A DNA stretch of 64,000 bases from Candidatus Aminicenantes bacterium (GTDB taxonomy: Bacteria > Acidobacteriota > Aminicenantia > Aminicenantales > Saccharicenantaceae), in assembly GCA_034679465.1 (NCBI GenBank), contig JAXDAV010000026.1, positions 64,239 through 128,238 on the forward strand, given 5' to 3'. The position numbers were made by a program, and so were the translations under genes. This document shows positions 33,806-43,353 of this stretch, piece by piece; within the stretch, counting starts at the first letter, position 1; each line of letters begins with the position of its first letter. The notes beneath the pieces are model-generated. The model worked only from the letters and a program-made list of their open reading frames with translations, did not search any database and was not told where the DNA came from.

Positions 33806-36800
33806 ATGAACCTCACCGAAGCCTGCGTCCGTAAGCCCGTCCTGGCCTGGATGCTCATGGCCGCCACCGTCGTCTTCGGCCTCGTCGCCGGGGGGCGGAT
33901 CGGCATCAGCCAATTCCCGGACGTCGATTTCCCCACCATCAACGTCTCCGCCGTCTGGGAAGGGGCGGCGCCCGAGGTCATGGAGAACGAGGTCGTCGAG
34001 ACCCTCGAGGAAGCGCTCATCCAGGTCGAGGGCGTCCGGACCCTGACCTCGAGCTCGCGCCAGGGCTCCTGCAACATCACCGTCGAGATCGAGCTCTCTC
34101 GCGACGTCGACCTGGCCCTCCAGGACGTCCAGGCCAAGGTCTCGCAGGCGGCCCGCCGGCTGCCGCGCGACATGGACCCGCCCATCATCTCCAAGTCGAA
34201 CCCCGAGGACCAGCCGATCATGATGGCCCGGCTGGCCGGGCCGTACCCCCAGCGCGTTCTCAGCGACTACGTCCGCTACGGCCTCAAGGAGAAGCTCCAG
34301 ACCATCCCCGGCATCGGCGAGATCTCGCTTATGGGCACCCTCGAGCGGAACATCCGCATCTGGCTCGACGCGGCCCGCCTCGACGAGAAGGGGCTGACCG
34401 TGCGGGACGTCATGTCCGCCCTCCAGCGCGAGCACATCGAGCTGCCGGCCGGACGGCTCGAGACGACCGGCCGTGAGGTCAACGTCCGCGTCCTGGGGGA
34501 GGCGGTCGACCTCGAGACCCTGCGCAAGATCGTCGTCCGCGAGGTCGGGGGCAGTCCGATCTACCTGAGCGACGTCGCCCTGGTCGAGGACGGCTTCGAG
34601 GACGTCCGGCGCCTGGCCCGCATGAACGGCGGTCCGGCCCAGGGCATCGGCATCAAGAAACAGCGCGGCGCCAACGCCGTGGCCCTGGCCAAGCACGTCC
34701 GGGCGGCGATCGAGGAGTACAGCAAGACCCTGCCGGACGACATGACCGTCGGCATCACCAACGACAGCACCGAGTTCATCCGCGAATCGGTCAACGAGAT
34801 CCAGTTCGAGCTCCTGCTCTCGGTCGTGCTCACGGCCTTCGTTTGCTGGCTCTTCCTGGGGTCCCTGTCGAGCACCCTCAATGTCATCCTGGCCATCCCG
34901 ATGTCGCTCCTCGGCACGGTGGCCATCATCTATTTCCTGGGCTTCACCTTCAACACCTTCACCCTGCTGGCCCTGGCCCTGGCCGTCGGCATCGTCGTCG
35001 ACGACGCCATCATGGTCATGGAGAACATCTTCCGCCACCGCGAGGGCGGCAAGGCCCTCGGACCGTCGGCGCTCGAAGGGACGAAGGAGATCGCCTTCGC
35101 CGCCTTGGCCGCGACCCTGGCCGTCGTGGCCATCTTCATGCCGGTCATCTTCATGGAAGGCATCATCGGCCGCTACTTCCTCCAGTTCGGCATCACCCTG
35201 TGCCTGGCCGTCCTGCTGTCGTACGTCGAGGCGGTCACCCTGGCCCCGGCCCGCTGTTCGCAATTCCTGAAGACGACGCGGGAGGGCCGGAACAAGGTCG
35301 GCCTGGCCGTCGACAAGGGGTTCCGCGGGCTCGAGGGGCTTTATGGGCGCGTCCTCCGGCGCGGTCTGCGCCGGCCTGGCCTCGTTCTCGTCGCCGCGCT
35401 GGCCCTCTTCGGCCTGGCCCTCGTCGTCTTCATGATCCTGCCGAGCGAGTTCGTGCCCTCGCAGGACCAGAGCCGGGTGTCAATCCGCATCCAGACCGCC
35501 GTCGGGTCGGACATCTCCGAGACCGACGCGCTCCTCGTCAGGGCCGAGGAGACCGTCGCCAAGCATCCTGAGGTCCTCCAGACATTCAGCTTCGTCGGCG
35601 GCATGGGCGGCGGCGGCGGGGTCAACGCCGGGATGATGTTCCTGACGCTGGTCGAGCCGGGCGAGCGGAAAATGAGCCAGGCCGAGTTCTCGGCCGTCCT
35701 CCGGAGCGAGCTCAACGCCATCCCCGGCATCCGGGCCGTCATCCAGGACACGTCCCAGCAGGGATTCACGGCCCAGCGCGGCTTCCCGATCGAGTTCTCG
35801 GTGCGCGGCGCGGACTGGAACGAGCTCGTGCCGCTGAGCCAGAAGCTCATGGCCGAGCTCACGGCGACCGGCACGGTCACCGACCTCGACTCGGACTACC
35901 GCGTCGGCATGCCCGAGCTGCGGGTGACCCCCGACCGGGCGGTGTGCGCGGACGTCGGGGTGTCCGTCGATGACGTGGCCACGACCATCATGGCCCTCGT
36001 CGGCGGCATCCGGATCGGCAAGTACAGCACGGGCGGCCGGCGGCTCGACGTCCGGCTCAAGCTCATGGCCGGGCAGAGGTCGCGGCCCGAGGACATCTCG
36101 CGGCTGCGGGTGAGGGTGAGGAACGGCGAGCTCGTGCCGCTCTCGTCGCTGGTCCTCTTCGAAGAGCAGGCCGCGCTCCAGGCCATTACCCGGCGCGACC
36201 GCGAGCGGGCCATCTCGATCTTCGCCAACGTCGCCCCGGGCCACTCCCAGGGCGAGGCCCTCAAGGTCATCGAGAGGCTCGGCGACGACCTGCCCGTCGG
36301 CTACCGCGCCGTCCTGGGGGGATCGAGCCTGGCCTTCCGCGACTCGATGAGCTCGCTTCTTTTCGCCATGTTCCTGGGCGTCGCCATCGCCTACATGATC
36401 CTGGCGTCGCAGTTCAACTCGTTCAAGGACCCGGTGACCATCATCACCATCCTGCCGCTGTCGATCGCCGGCGCGGCCTTCGCCCTGCTGGTCACGGGGC
36501 AGTCGCTGAACATCTTCAGCATGATCGGCCTCTTGCTCCTGATGGGCATCGTCAAGAAAAACTCCATCATCCTCGTCGATTACGCCAACGCCTTCAAGGC
36601 CAGGGGATTCGGGGCCCGGGAGGCCATGGAGAAGGCCGGGCCCATCCGGCTGAGGCCCATCCTGATGACGGCCACGGCCACCCTGATGGCGGCCATCCCG
36701 CCGGCGCTGGGGCTCGGCTCGGGCGCCGAGATCCGCCGGCCCATGGGCATCGCCGTCATCGGCGGCCTGGTCCTGTCGACCATCCTGAGCCTGATCGTCG

Positions 36801-36895
36801 TCCCGTCGTTCTACGTGGTGGCGGACAAGCTGGCCCGGAAGAAGAAGCCGGTCGAGGTCCCCGAGGGCCCCGTCTCCAACGGGGTCGGGGCCTGA
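33806..36895 (+). CDS. RND efflux transporter permease (AcrB/HAE1-like)
   Basis: 1029 aa. N-terminus NLTEACVRKPVLAWMLMAATVVFG. 12-TM architecture with two large periplasmic loops. Conserved LALAVGIVVDDAIMVMENI. Confidence 0.9.
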   Translation: MNLTEACVRKPVLAWMLMAATVVFGLVAGGRIGISQFPDVDFPTINVSAVWEGAAPEVMENEVVETLEEALIQVEGVRTLTSSSRQGSCNITVEIELSRDVDLALQDVQAKVSQAARRLPRDMDPPIISKSNPEDQPIMMARLAGPYPQRVLSDYVRYGLKEKLQTIPGIGEISLMGTLERNIRIWLDAARLDEKGLTVRDVMSALQREHIELPAGRLETTGREVNVRVLGEAVDLETLRKIVVREVGGSPIYLSDVALVEDGFEDVRRLARMNGGPAQGIGIKKQRGANAVALAKHVRAAIEEYSKTLPDDMTVGITNDSTEFIRESVNEIQFELLLSVVLTAFVCWLFLGSLSSTLNVILAIPMSLLGTVAIIYFLGFTFNTFTLLALALAVGIVVDDAIMVMENIFRHREGGKALGPSALEGTKEIAFAALAATLAVVAIFMPVIFMEGIIGRYFLQFGITLCLAVLLSYVEAVTLAPARCSQFLKTTREGRNKVGLAVDKGFRGLEGLYGRVLRRGLRRPGLVLVAALALFGLALVVFMILPSEFVPSQDQSRVSIRIQTAVGSDISETDALLVRAEETVAKHPEVLQTFSFVGGMGGGGGVNAGMMFLTLVEPGERKMSQAEFSAVLRSELNAIPGIRAVIQDTSQQGFTAQRGFPIEFSVRGADWNELVPLSQKLMAELTATGTVTDLDSDYRVGMPELRVTPDRAVCADVGVSVDDVATTIMALVGGIRIGKYSTGGRRLDVRLKLMAGQRSRPEDISRLRVRVRNGELVPLSSLVLFEEQAALQAITRRDRERAISIFANVAPGHSQGEALKVIERLGDDLPVGYRAVLGGSSLAFRDSMSSLLFAMFLGVAIAYMILASQFNSFKDPVTIITILPLSIAGAAFALLVTGQSLNIFSMIGLLLLMGIVKKNSIILVDYANAFKARGFGAREAMEKAGPIRLRPILMTATATLMAAIPPALGLGSGAEIRRPMGIAVIGGLVLSTILSLIVVPSFYVVADKLARKKKPVEVPEGPVSNGVGA

Positions 36896-36912
36896 TCCCT
36901 TCCCCCCGGGCG

Positions 36913-37512
36913 TCACACTCTCTTGTCTGATGCGCCGGGCTTGGTCAGCGGGATCCCTTTCGCGCAGAACGGGCAGACCTCCGGCTCGTAGGCTTCGACC
37001 TTGAGGGCGAGAAGGCTTCCGACAGGCTTCCCTTCGATGGCCACGGCCCCCGCACTGCGGTCGACGAGGACGTAGATCCCGGCGACCGGGACCTGACGCT
37101 CGCGGAGGCAGGCGATGACCTCCTGGATGGACCCGCCCGTCGTCAGGATGTCCTCGACGATGACCGCCCGCGAGCCGTCGAGCCCGGAGAAGCCCGAACG
37201 GATGGTCATCCTCTCGTCGGCCCGCTGCGTGAACGCGAACTTCTTGCCGAGCTTGAGGGCGACGAGGAAGCCGATGGCGATGGCGCCGTAGGCGGGAGAG
37301 ACGATGTAGTCGAAATCCCGGACCTCGGCGCGGATCTTGGCCGCCAGGAGCTCGACGATCCTCTCCAGCGCGGCCGGCTTCTCGATGAGCCGGATCTTCT
37401 CGAAATACCACTCCGAGTGCTTGCCCGAGGTCAGCTTGAAGTGGCCGTTGAGCAGGGCGTCGCTTTCCTTGAACAGGTTGAGGACGGTTTCGGTCCCGGC
37501 GGGCAGGGTCAT
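36913..37512 (-). CDS. pyrE: Orotate phosphoribosyltransferase
   Basis: ATG 37512 with AAGGAG RBS. LLNGHFKLTSGKHSEWYF and PRPP motif AVIVEDILTTGGS. Confidence 0.85.
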   Translation of the reverse strand: MTLPAGTETVLNLFKESDALLNGHFKLTSGKHSEWYFEKIRLIEKPAALERIVELLAAKIRAEVRDFDYIVSPAYGAIAIGFLVALKLGKKFAFTQRADERMTIRSGFSGLDGSRAVIVEDILTTGGSIQEVIACLRERQVPVAGIYVLVDRSAGAVAIEGKPVGSLLALKVEAYEPEVCPFCAKGIPLTKPGASDKRV

Positions 37513-37542
37513 TGCGGCTCTCCTTTGAATTGATCGGTCCTC

Positions 37543-37571
37543 TTTATAGACTAAACAGGGGCCGCGGGCAA
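37543..37571 (-). promoter_or_regulatory. Candidate sigma70 promoter of pyrE
   Basis: On the minus strand: TTGCCC (rc of 37566-37571), a 17-nt spacer, then TATAAA (rc of 37543-37548). Confidence 0.4.
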
Positions 37572-37699
37572 GAGGCGACAAGAGGATGACATGAGGACAT
37601 GAGAACCAGGGGGCTTGACAGGATCAGGGGGCTTCTTGCGACCTCGGCCCGGATGTGTTACATGGGAGGCGGCTTGGAGAGCGACAAGGAGCCCCGCCC

Positions 37700-38107
37700 A
37701 TGAGCGACGAATTCCGTGACGACCGCGTGTGTTTCGTCTGCGGCGAGAGGAACCCGAGCGGAATGAGGCTCCGCCTCCGTGTCGACGCGGAGCGCGGCGA
37801 AGCCGCGGCCGAAGTGACTTTCGCCGAGCGCTTCCAGGGCTGGGCCGGGATCGTTCACGGCGGTCTCGTGGCCACGGTCCTCGATGAGGCCTTGATCTAT
37901 GCGGCCGGGGCCAAGGGACACAAGTGCGTCACCGGTGAGATCACCGTCCGGTACGTCAAGCCGGCCTCGACGGGCATCCCGTATTCGCTCAAGGGCCGCT
38001 TCTTGGAGGATAAAGGGCGCATCGTCCAGGCCGAGAGCTTCCTCGTCGACGCCGACGGCCAGGAAATCGCCCGAGCTACAGGTAAGCTGTTCAAGGTCAA
38101 GCCCTGA
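37700..38107 (+). CDS. PaaI-family hotdog-fold thioesterase
   Basis: ATG 37700 with AAGGAG 8 nt upstream. CFVCG zinc-ribbon-like start followed by GIVHGGLVATVLDEAL, typical of the PaaI/YbgC-like family. Confidence 0.75.
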   Translation: MSDEFRDDRVCFVCGERNPSGMRLRLRVDAERGEAAAEVTFAERFQGWAGIVHGGLVATVLDEALIYAAGAKGHKCVTGEITVRYVKPASTGIPYSLKGRFLEDKGRIVQAESFLVDADGQEIARATGKLFKVKP

Positions 38108-38135
38108 CCTCTTTGCCAGCGTCATTTACGTTTTC

Positions 38136-38184
38136 ACCGGCAAAAACACCGGTTTTAAGCATTTTGGAGGCCAAAAACAGGCCT
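38136..38184 (+). terminator. Two similar short hairpins with A-rich loops downstream of the thioesterase gene
   Basis: ACCGG-CAAAAACA-CCGGT followed by TTT (38136-38156), and AGGCC-AAAAACA-GGCCT followed by TAAATT (38168-38184). Both lie in an AT-rich spacer. Confidence 0.3.
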
Positions 38185-38268
38185 TAAATTATTGATAAAT
38201 ATAATTGTTCCTGAGGTCCGACCCCATTAGATAGCAGCGGTGTGGTATATTTGGTGTTTGGAGGTCCC

Positions 38269-40380
38269 ATGAGCTCTCGAATCCCCCTTTTCTTCCTGGC
38301 CGCCGCCCTGGTCATTCTCGTCGTCGCGGCCTTGGCCCATTGCCGCGGCAAGTCCGACAAGTCCGCGCCGGCCGCTCCCGACTCGGCCCCATCCGGGTCC
38401 TCGTCTTCCCCCGCGCTCGACTACCCCATCCGCCCGGTTCCCTTCACTCACGTCGAGCTCACGGACGAATTCTGGGCGCCCCGCCTCGAGACGAACCGCA
38501 CGGTCTCCGTCCCCTACGCCCTCCGGATGAACGAGGAGACCGGCCGCGTCGACAATTTCCGCAAGGCCGCCCGCCTCATGACCGGCCCCCACAAGGGCCG
38601 CCGCTTCAACGATTCCGACGTCTACAAAGCCATGGAGGCGGCCGCCTACACCCTCCGCCTCCACCCCGACGCCGCCCTCGAAAAGACCCTGGACGACCTC
38701 ATCGACCTCATCTCCCGGGCCCAGGAGCCCGACGGCTATCTTTTCACCACCCGGACCAACGACCCCGCCCATCCCGCGCCCGGCTCGGGCCCCGAGCGCT
38801 GGTCGAACCTCCGCGTCAGCCACGAGCTCTACAACGTCGGTCACATGTATGAAGCGGCCGTGGCCCATTTCCAGGCCACCGGCAAGCGCGCGTTCCTGGC
38901 GATCGCCGAAAAGAACGCGGCGCTCCTCCTCCGCACCTTCGGGACCGGCCCCGGCCGGCGCCGCGGCTTCCCCGGCCACCAGGAGATCGAGATCGGCCTG
39001 GCCAAGCTCTACCGGGCCACCGGCAACCGCGCCTACCTCGACCTGGCCAAGTTCTTCCTCGACGAGCGCGGCCGCTATTTCGGCGGCCAGAAGCACGCCC
39101 CGGACGACCCCTTCGCCGTCTACGACTCCGATGAGTACATGCAGAACCACAAGCCCGTCACCGAACAGGACGAGGCCGTCGGCCACGCCGTCCGGGCCAT
39201 GTACATGTACTCGGGCATGGCCGATGTCGCCGCCCTCGGCGGCCATCCCGGGTACGTCGCGGCCATCGATCGTCTCTGGCTCGACGTCGCCGGCACGAAG
39301 CAGTACCTGACCGGAGGCGTCGGCGCCCGCAGCGGCTCCGAGGCCTTCGGCGACGCCTATGAGCTGCCGAACGCCCGGGCCTACACGGAAACGTGCGCCG
39401 CCATCGGCAACGCCCTCTGGAACTACCGGCTCTTCCTCCTCCACGGCGAATCGAAGCACATGGACGCCTTCGAGCGCGTCCTCTACAACGGCCTGCTCTC
39501 GGGCGTGTCCCTCACAGGCGACCACTTCTTCTATCAGAACCCGCTCGAGTCGGCCGGGGGCTACGGCCGCAGTCCCTGGTTCGAGGTCGCCTGCTGCCCG
39601 CCGAACATGACCCGCTTCCTGCCGTCCCTCTCCGGCTACGTCTATGCCTTCAAGGACGACGTCGTCTTCGTCAATCTCTACGCCGCCGGAACGGGCCAGG
39701 TCCCGCTCCCCGGCCGGCCCGTGATCCTGACCCAGGAGACGCGCTATCCCTGGGAGGGCGACATCACGATTGTCCTCTCCCTGGAGGCCCCGGGTCCCTT
39801 CGAGCTCGCTCTCCGCATCCCGGGCTGGGCCCGCGGCGAGGCCATGCCGACGGACCTCTACAGGTTCCTCGACGGCGCCGGCGAGGCGCCCGCTCCCGCC
39901 CTGAAGGTCAACGGCGAGGCCGCGCCCCTCGACATCCGTGACGGCTACGCCCGCCTCCGCCGCGACTGGAAGGACCGCGACACCGTCGAGCTCGCGCTCC
40001 CCATGCCGGTCCGCCGCGTCATCGCTCACGAAGCGGTCGCCGAGGACCGCGGCCGGGTCGCCCTTCAGCGCGGCCCGATCGTCTATGCGGTCGAGGGGAT
40101 CGACAACGGCGACCGCGTCTTCGAGCTCATCCTCCCCGATCCCGCCGCGCTCGCGGTCGAGTACCGCCCCGGCTTGCTGAGCGGCGTCGCGGTCATCACC
40201 GGGCAGGCGTCGGCGCTCGCGAAGGACGCCGCCGGGAAGACCGTCGAAGCGGCCCATCCGCTCCTGGCCGTGCCGTACTACGCCTGGGCCAATCGCGGTC
40301 CGGGCCAGATGCTCGTCTGGCTGCCCCGGACGGCCGCCGCGGCCAGGCCGGCCCAAAAGGTGAATATGGACGTCGATTAA
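38269..40380 (+). CDS. Glycoside hydrolase family 127-like (DUF1680, beta-L-arabinofuranosidase family)
   Basis: ATG 38269 with GGAGG RBS. Membrane/signal anchor. Family hallmarks FWAPRLETNR, NFRKAA, DSDVYKAMEAAAY, SHELYNVGHMYEAAVAHFQATG, QEIEIGLAKLYRATG, ETCAAIGNALWNYRL, CCPPN. Confidence 0.8.
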   Translation: MSSRIPLFFLAAALVILVVAALAHCRGKSDKSAPAAPDSAPSGSSSSPALDYPIRPVPFTHVELTDEFWAPRLETNRTVSVPYALRMNEETGRVDNFRKAARLMTGPHKGRRFNDSDVYKAMEAAAYTLRLHPDAALEKTLDDLIDLISRAQEPDGYLFTTRTNDPAHPAPGSGPERWSNLRVSHELYNVGHMYEAAVAHFQATGKRAFLAIAEKNAALLLRTFGTGPGRRRGFPGHQEIEIGLAKLYRATGNRAYLDLAKFFLDERGRYFGGQKHAPDDPFAVYDSDEYMQNHKPVTEQDEAVGHAVRAMYMYSGMADVAALGGHPGYVAAIDRLWLDVAGTKQYLTGGVGARSGSEAFGDAYELPNARAYTETCAAIGNALWNYRLFLLHGESKHMDAFERVLYNGLLSGVSLTGDHFFYQNPLESAGGYGRSPWFEVACCPPNMTRFLPSLSGYVYAFKDDVVFVNLYAAGTGQVPLPGRPVILTQETRYPWEGDITIVLSLEAPGPFELALRIPGWARGEAMPTDLYRFLDGAGEAPAPALKVNGEAAPLDIRDGYARLRRDWKDRDTVELALPMPVRRVIAHEAVAEDRGRVALQRGPIVYAVEGIDNGDRVFELILPDPAALAVEYRPGLLSGVAVITGQASALAKDAAGKTVEAAHPLLAVPYYAWANRGPGQMLVWLPRTAAAARPAQKVNMDVD

Positions 40381-40392
40381 GGAGACAGAGTC

Positions 40393-43272
40393 ATGACCCC
40401 GAAGCGCCTCCCGCTCCCGGGCTTCGCCCCGGGTCTCTTCATCCTGGCCGTCCTGGCCCTGCTCCCTTCGCCGTCCGCCGCCGCCGAGGCGATGGCCCTC
40501 GACAACGGCCGCGTCAGGGCCGAATTCAACGACCACGGGCTCGTCTCCCTCGGCGCGTCCAAGACCGGCCGGACGCTCGGGTTTTCCGCCGACCCGTCCT
40601 CCGTGACGATCGACGGCACGCCCATCTCCATCGGCAGCCTGGGCCCGGCCGAGATCGAGATGACCCCGGCCCGGATCGGCTATCGCTACGCCCGCGACCC
40701 CTTCACCTTCGACATCGTCTATGAGCTCAAGCCGAACTGGAGCTTCCTGACCAAGCAGATCATCGTGACCTCGGCCCGGAGCCGCGTCTTCCGCGTCAAC
40801 GAGGTCGGGGCGCTCGCCGCGACCCTGGGCCGGCCCGTCGTCGAAGAGCTCAAGCTCAAGGACGGCGCGTTCGGGGCCGTCTGCCGCTTCGCGGCCGACG
40901 CCGCCCCGGCCGTCGGCCCGGCCTGGAGCGTCTTCTTCCTGCTCCAGAACCCCTACATGACCTGGACCCGCGACGGCGCCGCGATCTCCGTCTCCTACGC
41001 CCCGGACATGGACTGGAGCCGGGATTACGGCGCCTTCGCCTCCGACCGCCTCTGCCTCGGCCTCACCGCCCTCTCCGGCGTCCGCTTCCCGGCCAAGGCC
41101 GTCCCCGAATGGACCTTCGTCGCCGATTACGACAAGCTCCTCCGGGAATCGCCCTCGATCGACGTCGCCGAGGCGAGCGCCCTCGTCGACTGCGTCCGCT
41201 CGTTCCTCCTCTACTATCCCGGGCGCAGCGTCCGCGTCCACATCCCCTGGTGCGAAAACGACTATCAGATCGACGTCGGCACCCCCGAGGGCGTCGAGGA
41301 GTACAAGCGGATCATGGACCGCGCGGCCGAGCTCGGCGTCACCCATCTCCTCTACACGCCCGGCAACAGCTCGCTCTCCCGGCTCGAGGACAACGCCGAC
41401 AACTGGGGCTGGGAGAACGTGCTCTGGTTCGGCCTCGGCCAGAAGCTGCGGAAAGGGGAGTGGGACCCGCGCCGCGACGCCGTCCCGGCCGGCCTCAAGG
41501 CCATGCTCGACTACGCCGCATCGAAGGGCCTCAAGCTCATGGCCTACGCCTACCCCTCACTGCCCTTCCTCCAGAACCCGGAGTGGACCGCCTGGGCGGG
41601 CCCGCAGGCCGGGCCCAAGGCGAGCGCCGATACGGGCCTGCGCTCGTTCCAGGACTGGTGGCTCGACAGGCTCCTGGCCTTCATGAGGACGACGGGCGCC
41701 TCCGGCTACTCCTTCGACCACTGGTGGATCGCCATGGACAAAGCCTCGAGCAAGTACGCCCAGTGGCACGGCGCCCGGCGCATTCTCGAGGGCCTGCGGC
41801 GCGAGGCCTTCGACGCCGTCATCGACGGCCGCCAGCAATACCAGGGCTTCGGCCCCTGGACCTGGCTCGGCGGCTCCTACCCCCACCCGTCGCTGACCGA
41901 CGAGCAGCCGGAGAGCTTCAAGGCCTTCCCCGACCTGCACACCGACCGGGTCTCGGCCAACCGCCAGCGCTTCGCCGCCTGGGTCTACAGCGTCGAGCGC
42001 TTCGCCCCGCCCGAGATCATGCCCGGCTTCATCACCCACCAGTCGGAGCGCAACGACGAGAAGGGGGTCATGCGCCGCGACCGCTTCCGTCCCCGGGATT
42101 GGGACGTCCTCGGCTGGAAATACTCGCTCCTCTCCTCGATCGGCACGGCCCCCTTTCACCACATCGTCAACTTCATCCCCGCCCGCGACGCCGCGGAGTT
42201 CGCCGCCCTGTCCGAGGAAGACAAGGCCTGGTTCCGGAAATGGCTCGACTGGACCGACGAGAACGCCCGCTACCTCCACGCCCTCCGGCCGATCATCGGA
42301 CCGCCCATGGCCGGCCGGGTCGACGGTACGGCGGCCATCGTCGAGGACCGCGGCCTCCTCTTTCTCTTCAACCCCAACCCCGGCCCGAAGGAGGCCCGCT
42401 TCAAGCTCGACGCCGCGATCGGCCTGGTCAAGGGCGACAAGCTCATGATCAAGGAGCTCTACCCCGAGGAGGGTCGGCTGGTCGGCTCGGCCGAGGGTCT
42501 GTGGGCCTACGGCGGCGAGGTCGTCCTGACCCTGGCCGGGCGCGAGGCCGCGGTTTACGAGGTCTTCCCCGCCCCGGCCGAGATCACGGCGCCCGTTCTC
42601 TTCAACGTCCGGGGCGCCGCGGAGGTTTCGGCGACGCGGCTCGTCCTCACCGATGTCACCGCCGAGATGGGGGCCTCGCGGACCGTCATCGTCCGACTGC
42701 CCGAGGGAGCGCGCGTCCGGACCCTGTCGGTCAACGGCGTCGCCCACCCGTTCAAGGCCGACCGGGGCGTCGTCACGGCGGCGGTGCGCTTCGCCGGACG
42801 CGCCTTCTCCAAGTCCCAGGCCGCAGGCCAGGTCCCGGCCGGGTTCACGGGCGGGAGCCACAAGGCCCGCGTCACAGTGCCGAAACGGATCTTCGATCAG
42901 CTCGCCGAACGGAAGAAGGCCTGGCCCGTCAGCTACTCCGAGGACGACCTCCGCGCGACCTGGCTCGCGCCGTGGCGTCTGCTCCTCCACATCCCCGTCA
43001 TCGAGGGCACGGACGCGATGGAGGTGCGCCTCTTGGTCAACGGCCAGCCGGTCCCGGTCCTCAGGGCCTACAACAGCGTCTATCCCCACTCGCCCAAGCG
43101 CACCTTCACCGGCCACTATGCCGACCTCAGCCGCGTCCGGCCCGACTCGCCCATCGACATCGAGGTCAGCCTGCCGACGCTCGAGCCGGGCCGATTCGAA
43201 GGGGCCTTCTTCGAGAACGTCGAGACGGAGTACACGAACCGGATCATGGCCCCGCCCGCGGCCAAAAAATAG
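40393..43272 (+). CDS. Secreted 959-aa hypothetical protein, possibly a glycoside hydrolase partner of GH127
   Basis: AAGGAGA RBS and signal peptide (LFILAVLALLPSPSAAAEA). Balanced composition, rich in Trp/Tyr/Asp. The central region (VRVHIPWCENDYQIDVG...ELGVTHLLYTPGN...GLKLMAYAYPS) resembles a TIM-barrel glycosidase. The functional call is weak. Confidence 0.45.
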   Translation: MTPKRLPLPGFAPGLFILAVLALLPSPSAAAEAMALDNGRVRAEFNDHGLVSLGASKTGRTLGFSADPSSVTIDGTPISIGSLGPAEIEMTPARIGYRYARDPFTFDIVYELKPNWSFLTKQIIVTSARSRVFRVNEVGALAATLGRPVVEELKLKDGAFGAVCRFAADAAPAVGPAWSVFFLLQNPYMTWTRDGAAISVSYAPDMDWSRDYGAFASDRLCLGLTALSGVRFPAKAVPEWTFVADYDKLLRESPSIDVAEASALVDCVRSFLLYYPGRSVRVHIPWCENDYQIDVGTPEGVEEYKRIMDRAAELGVTHLLYTPGNSSLSRLEDNADNWGWENVLWFGLGQKLRKGEWDPRRDAVPAGLKAMLDYAASKGLKLMAYAYPSLPFLQNPEWTAWAGPQAGPKASADTGLRSFQDWWLDRLLAFMRTTGASGYSFDHWWIAMDKASSKYAQWHGARRILEGLRREAFDAVIDGRQQYQGFGPWTWLGGSYPHPSLTDEQPESFKAFPDLHTDRVSANRQRFAAWVYSVERFAPPEIMPGFITHQSERNDEKGVMRRDRFRPRDWDVLGWKYSLLSSIGTAPFHHIVNFIPARDAAEFAALSEEDKAWFRKWLDWTDENARYLHALRPIIGPPMAGRVDGTAAIVEDRGLLFLFNPNPGPKEARFKLDAAIGLVKGDKLMIKELYPEEGRLVGSAEGLWAYGGEVVLTLAGREAAVYEVFPAPAEITAPVLFNVRGAAEVSATRLVLTDVTAEMGASRTVIVRLPEGARVRTLSVNGVAHPFKADRGVVTAAVRFAGRAFSKSQAAGQVPAGFTGGSHKARVTVPKRIFDQLAERKKAWPVSYSEDDLRATWLAPWRLLLHIPVIEGTDAMEVRLLVNGQPVPVLRAYNSVYPHSPKRTFTGHYADLSRVRPDSPIDIEVSLPTLEPGRFEGAFFENVETEYTNRIMAPPAAKK

Positions 43273-43353
43273 GAGTCGAGTGTGGCTGCCATCGCCGACT
43301 CATAGATGAGTCGTTGACTAGGCCTGTCCCGCGCGTTTAAACTGGGTTCACAA

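Noticed and set aside
37615-37620. Perfect TTGACA upstream of the PaaI thioesterase gene as a promoter, and likewise TTGACA at 63603-63608 upstream of purC.
   Set aside because: No acceptable -10 hexamer lies 16-18 nt downstream in either case, so they are not reported as promoters.
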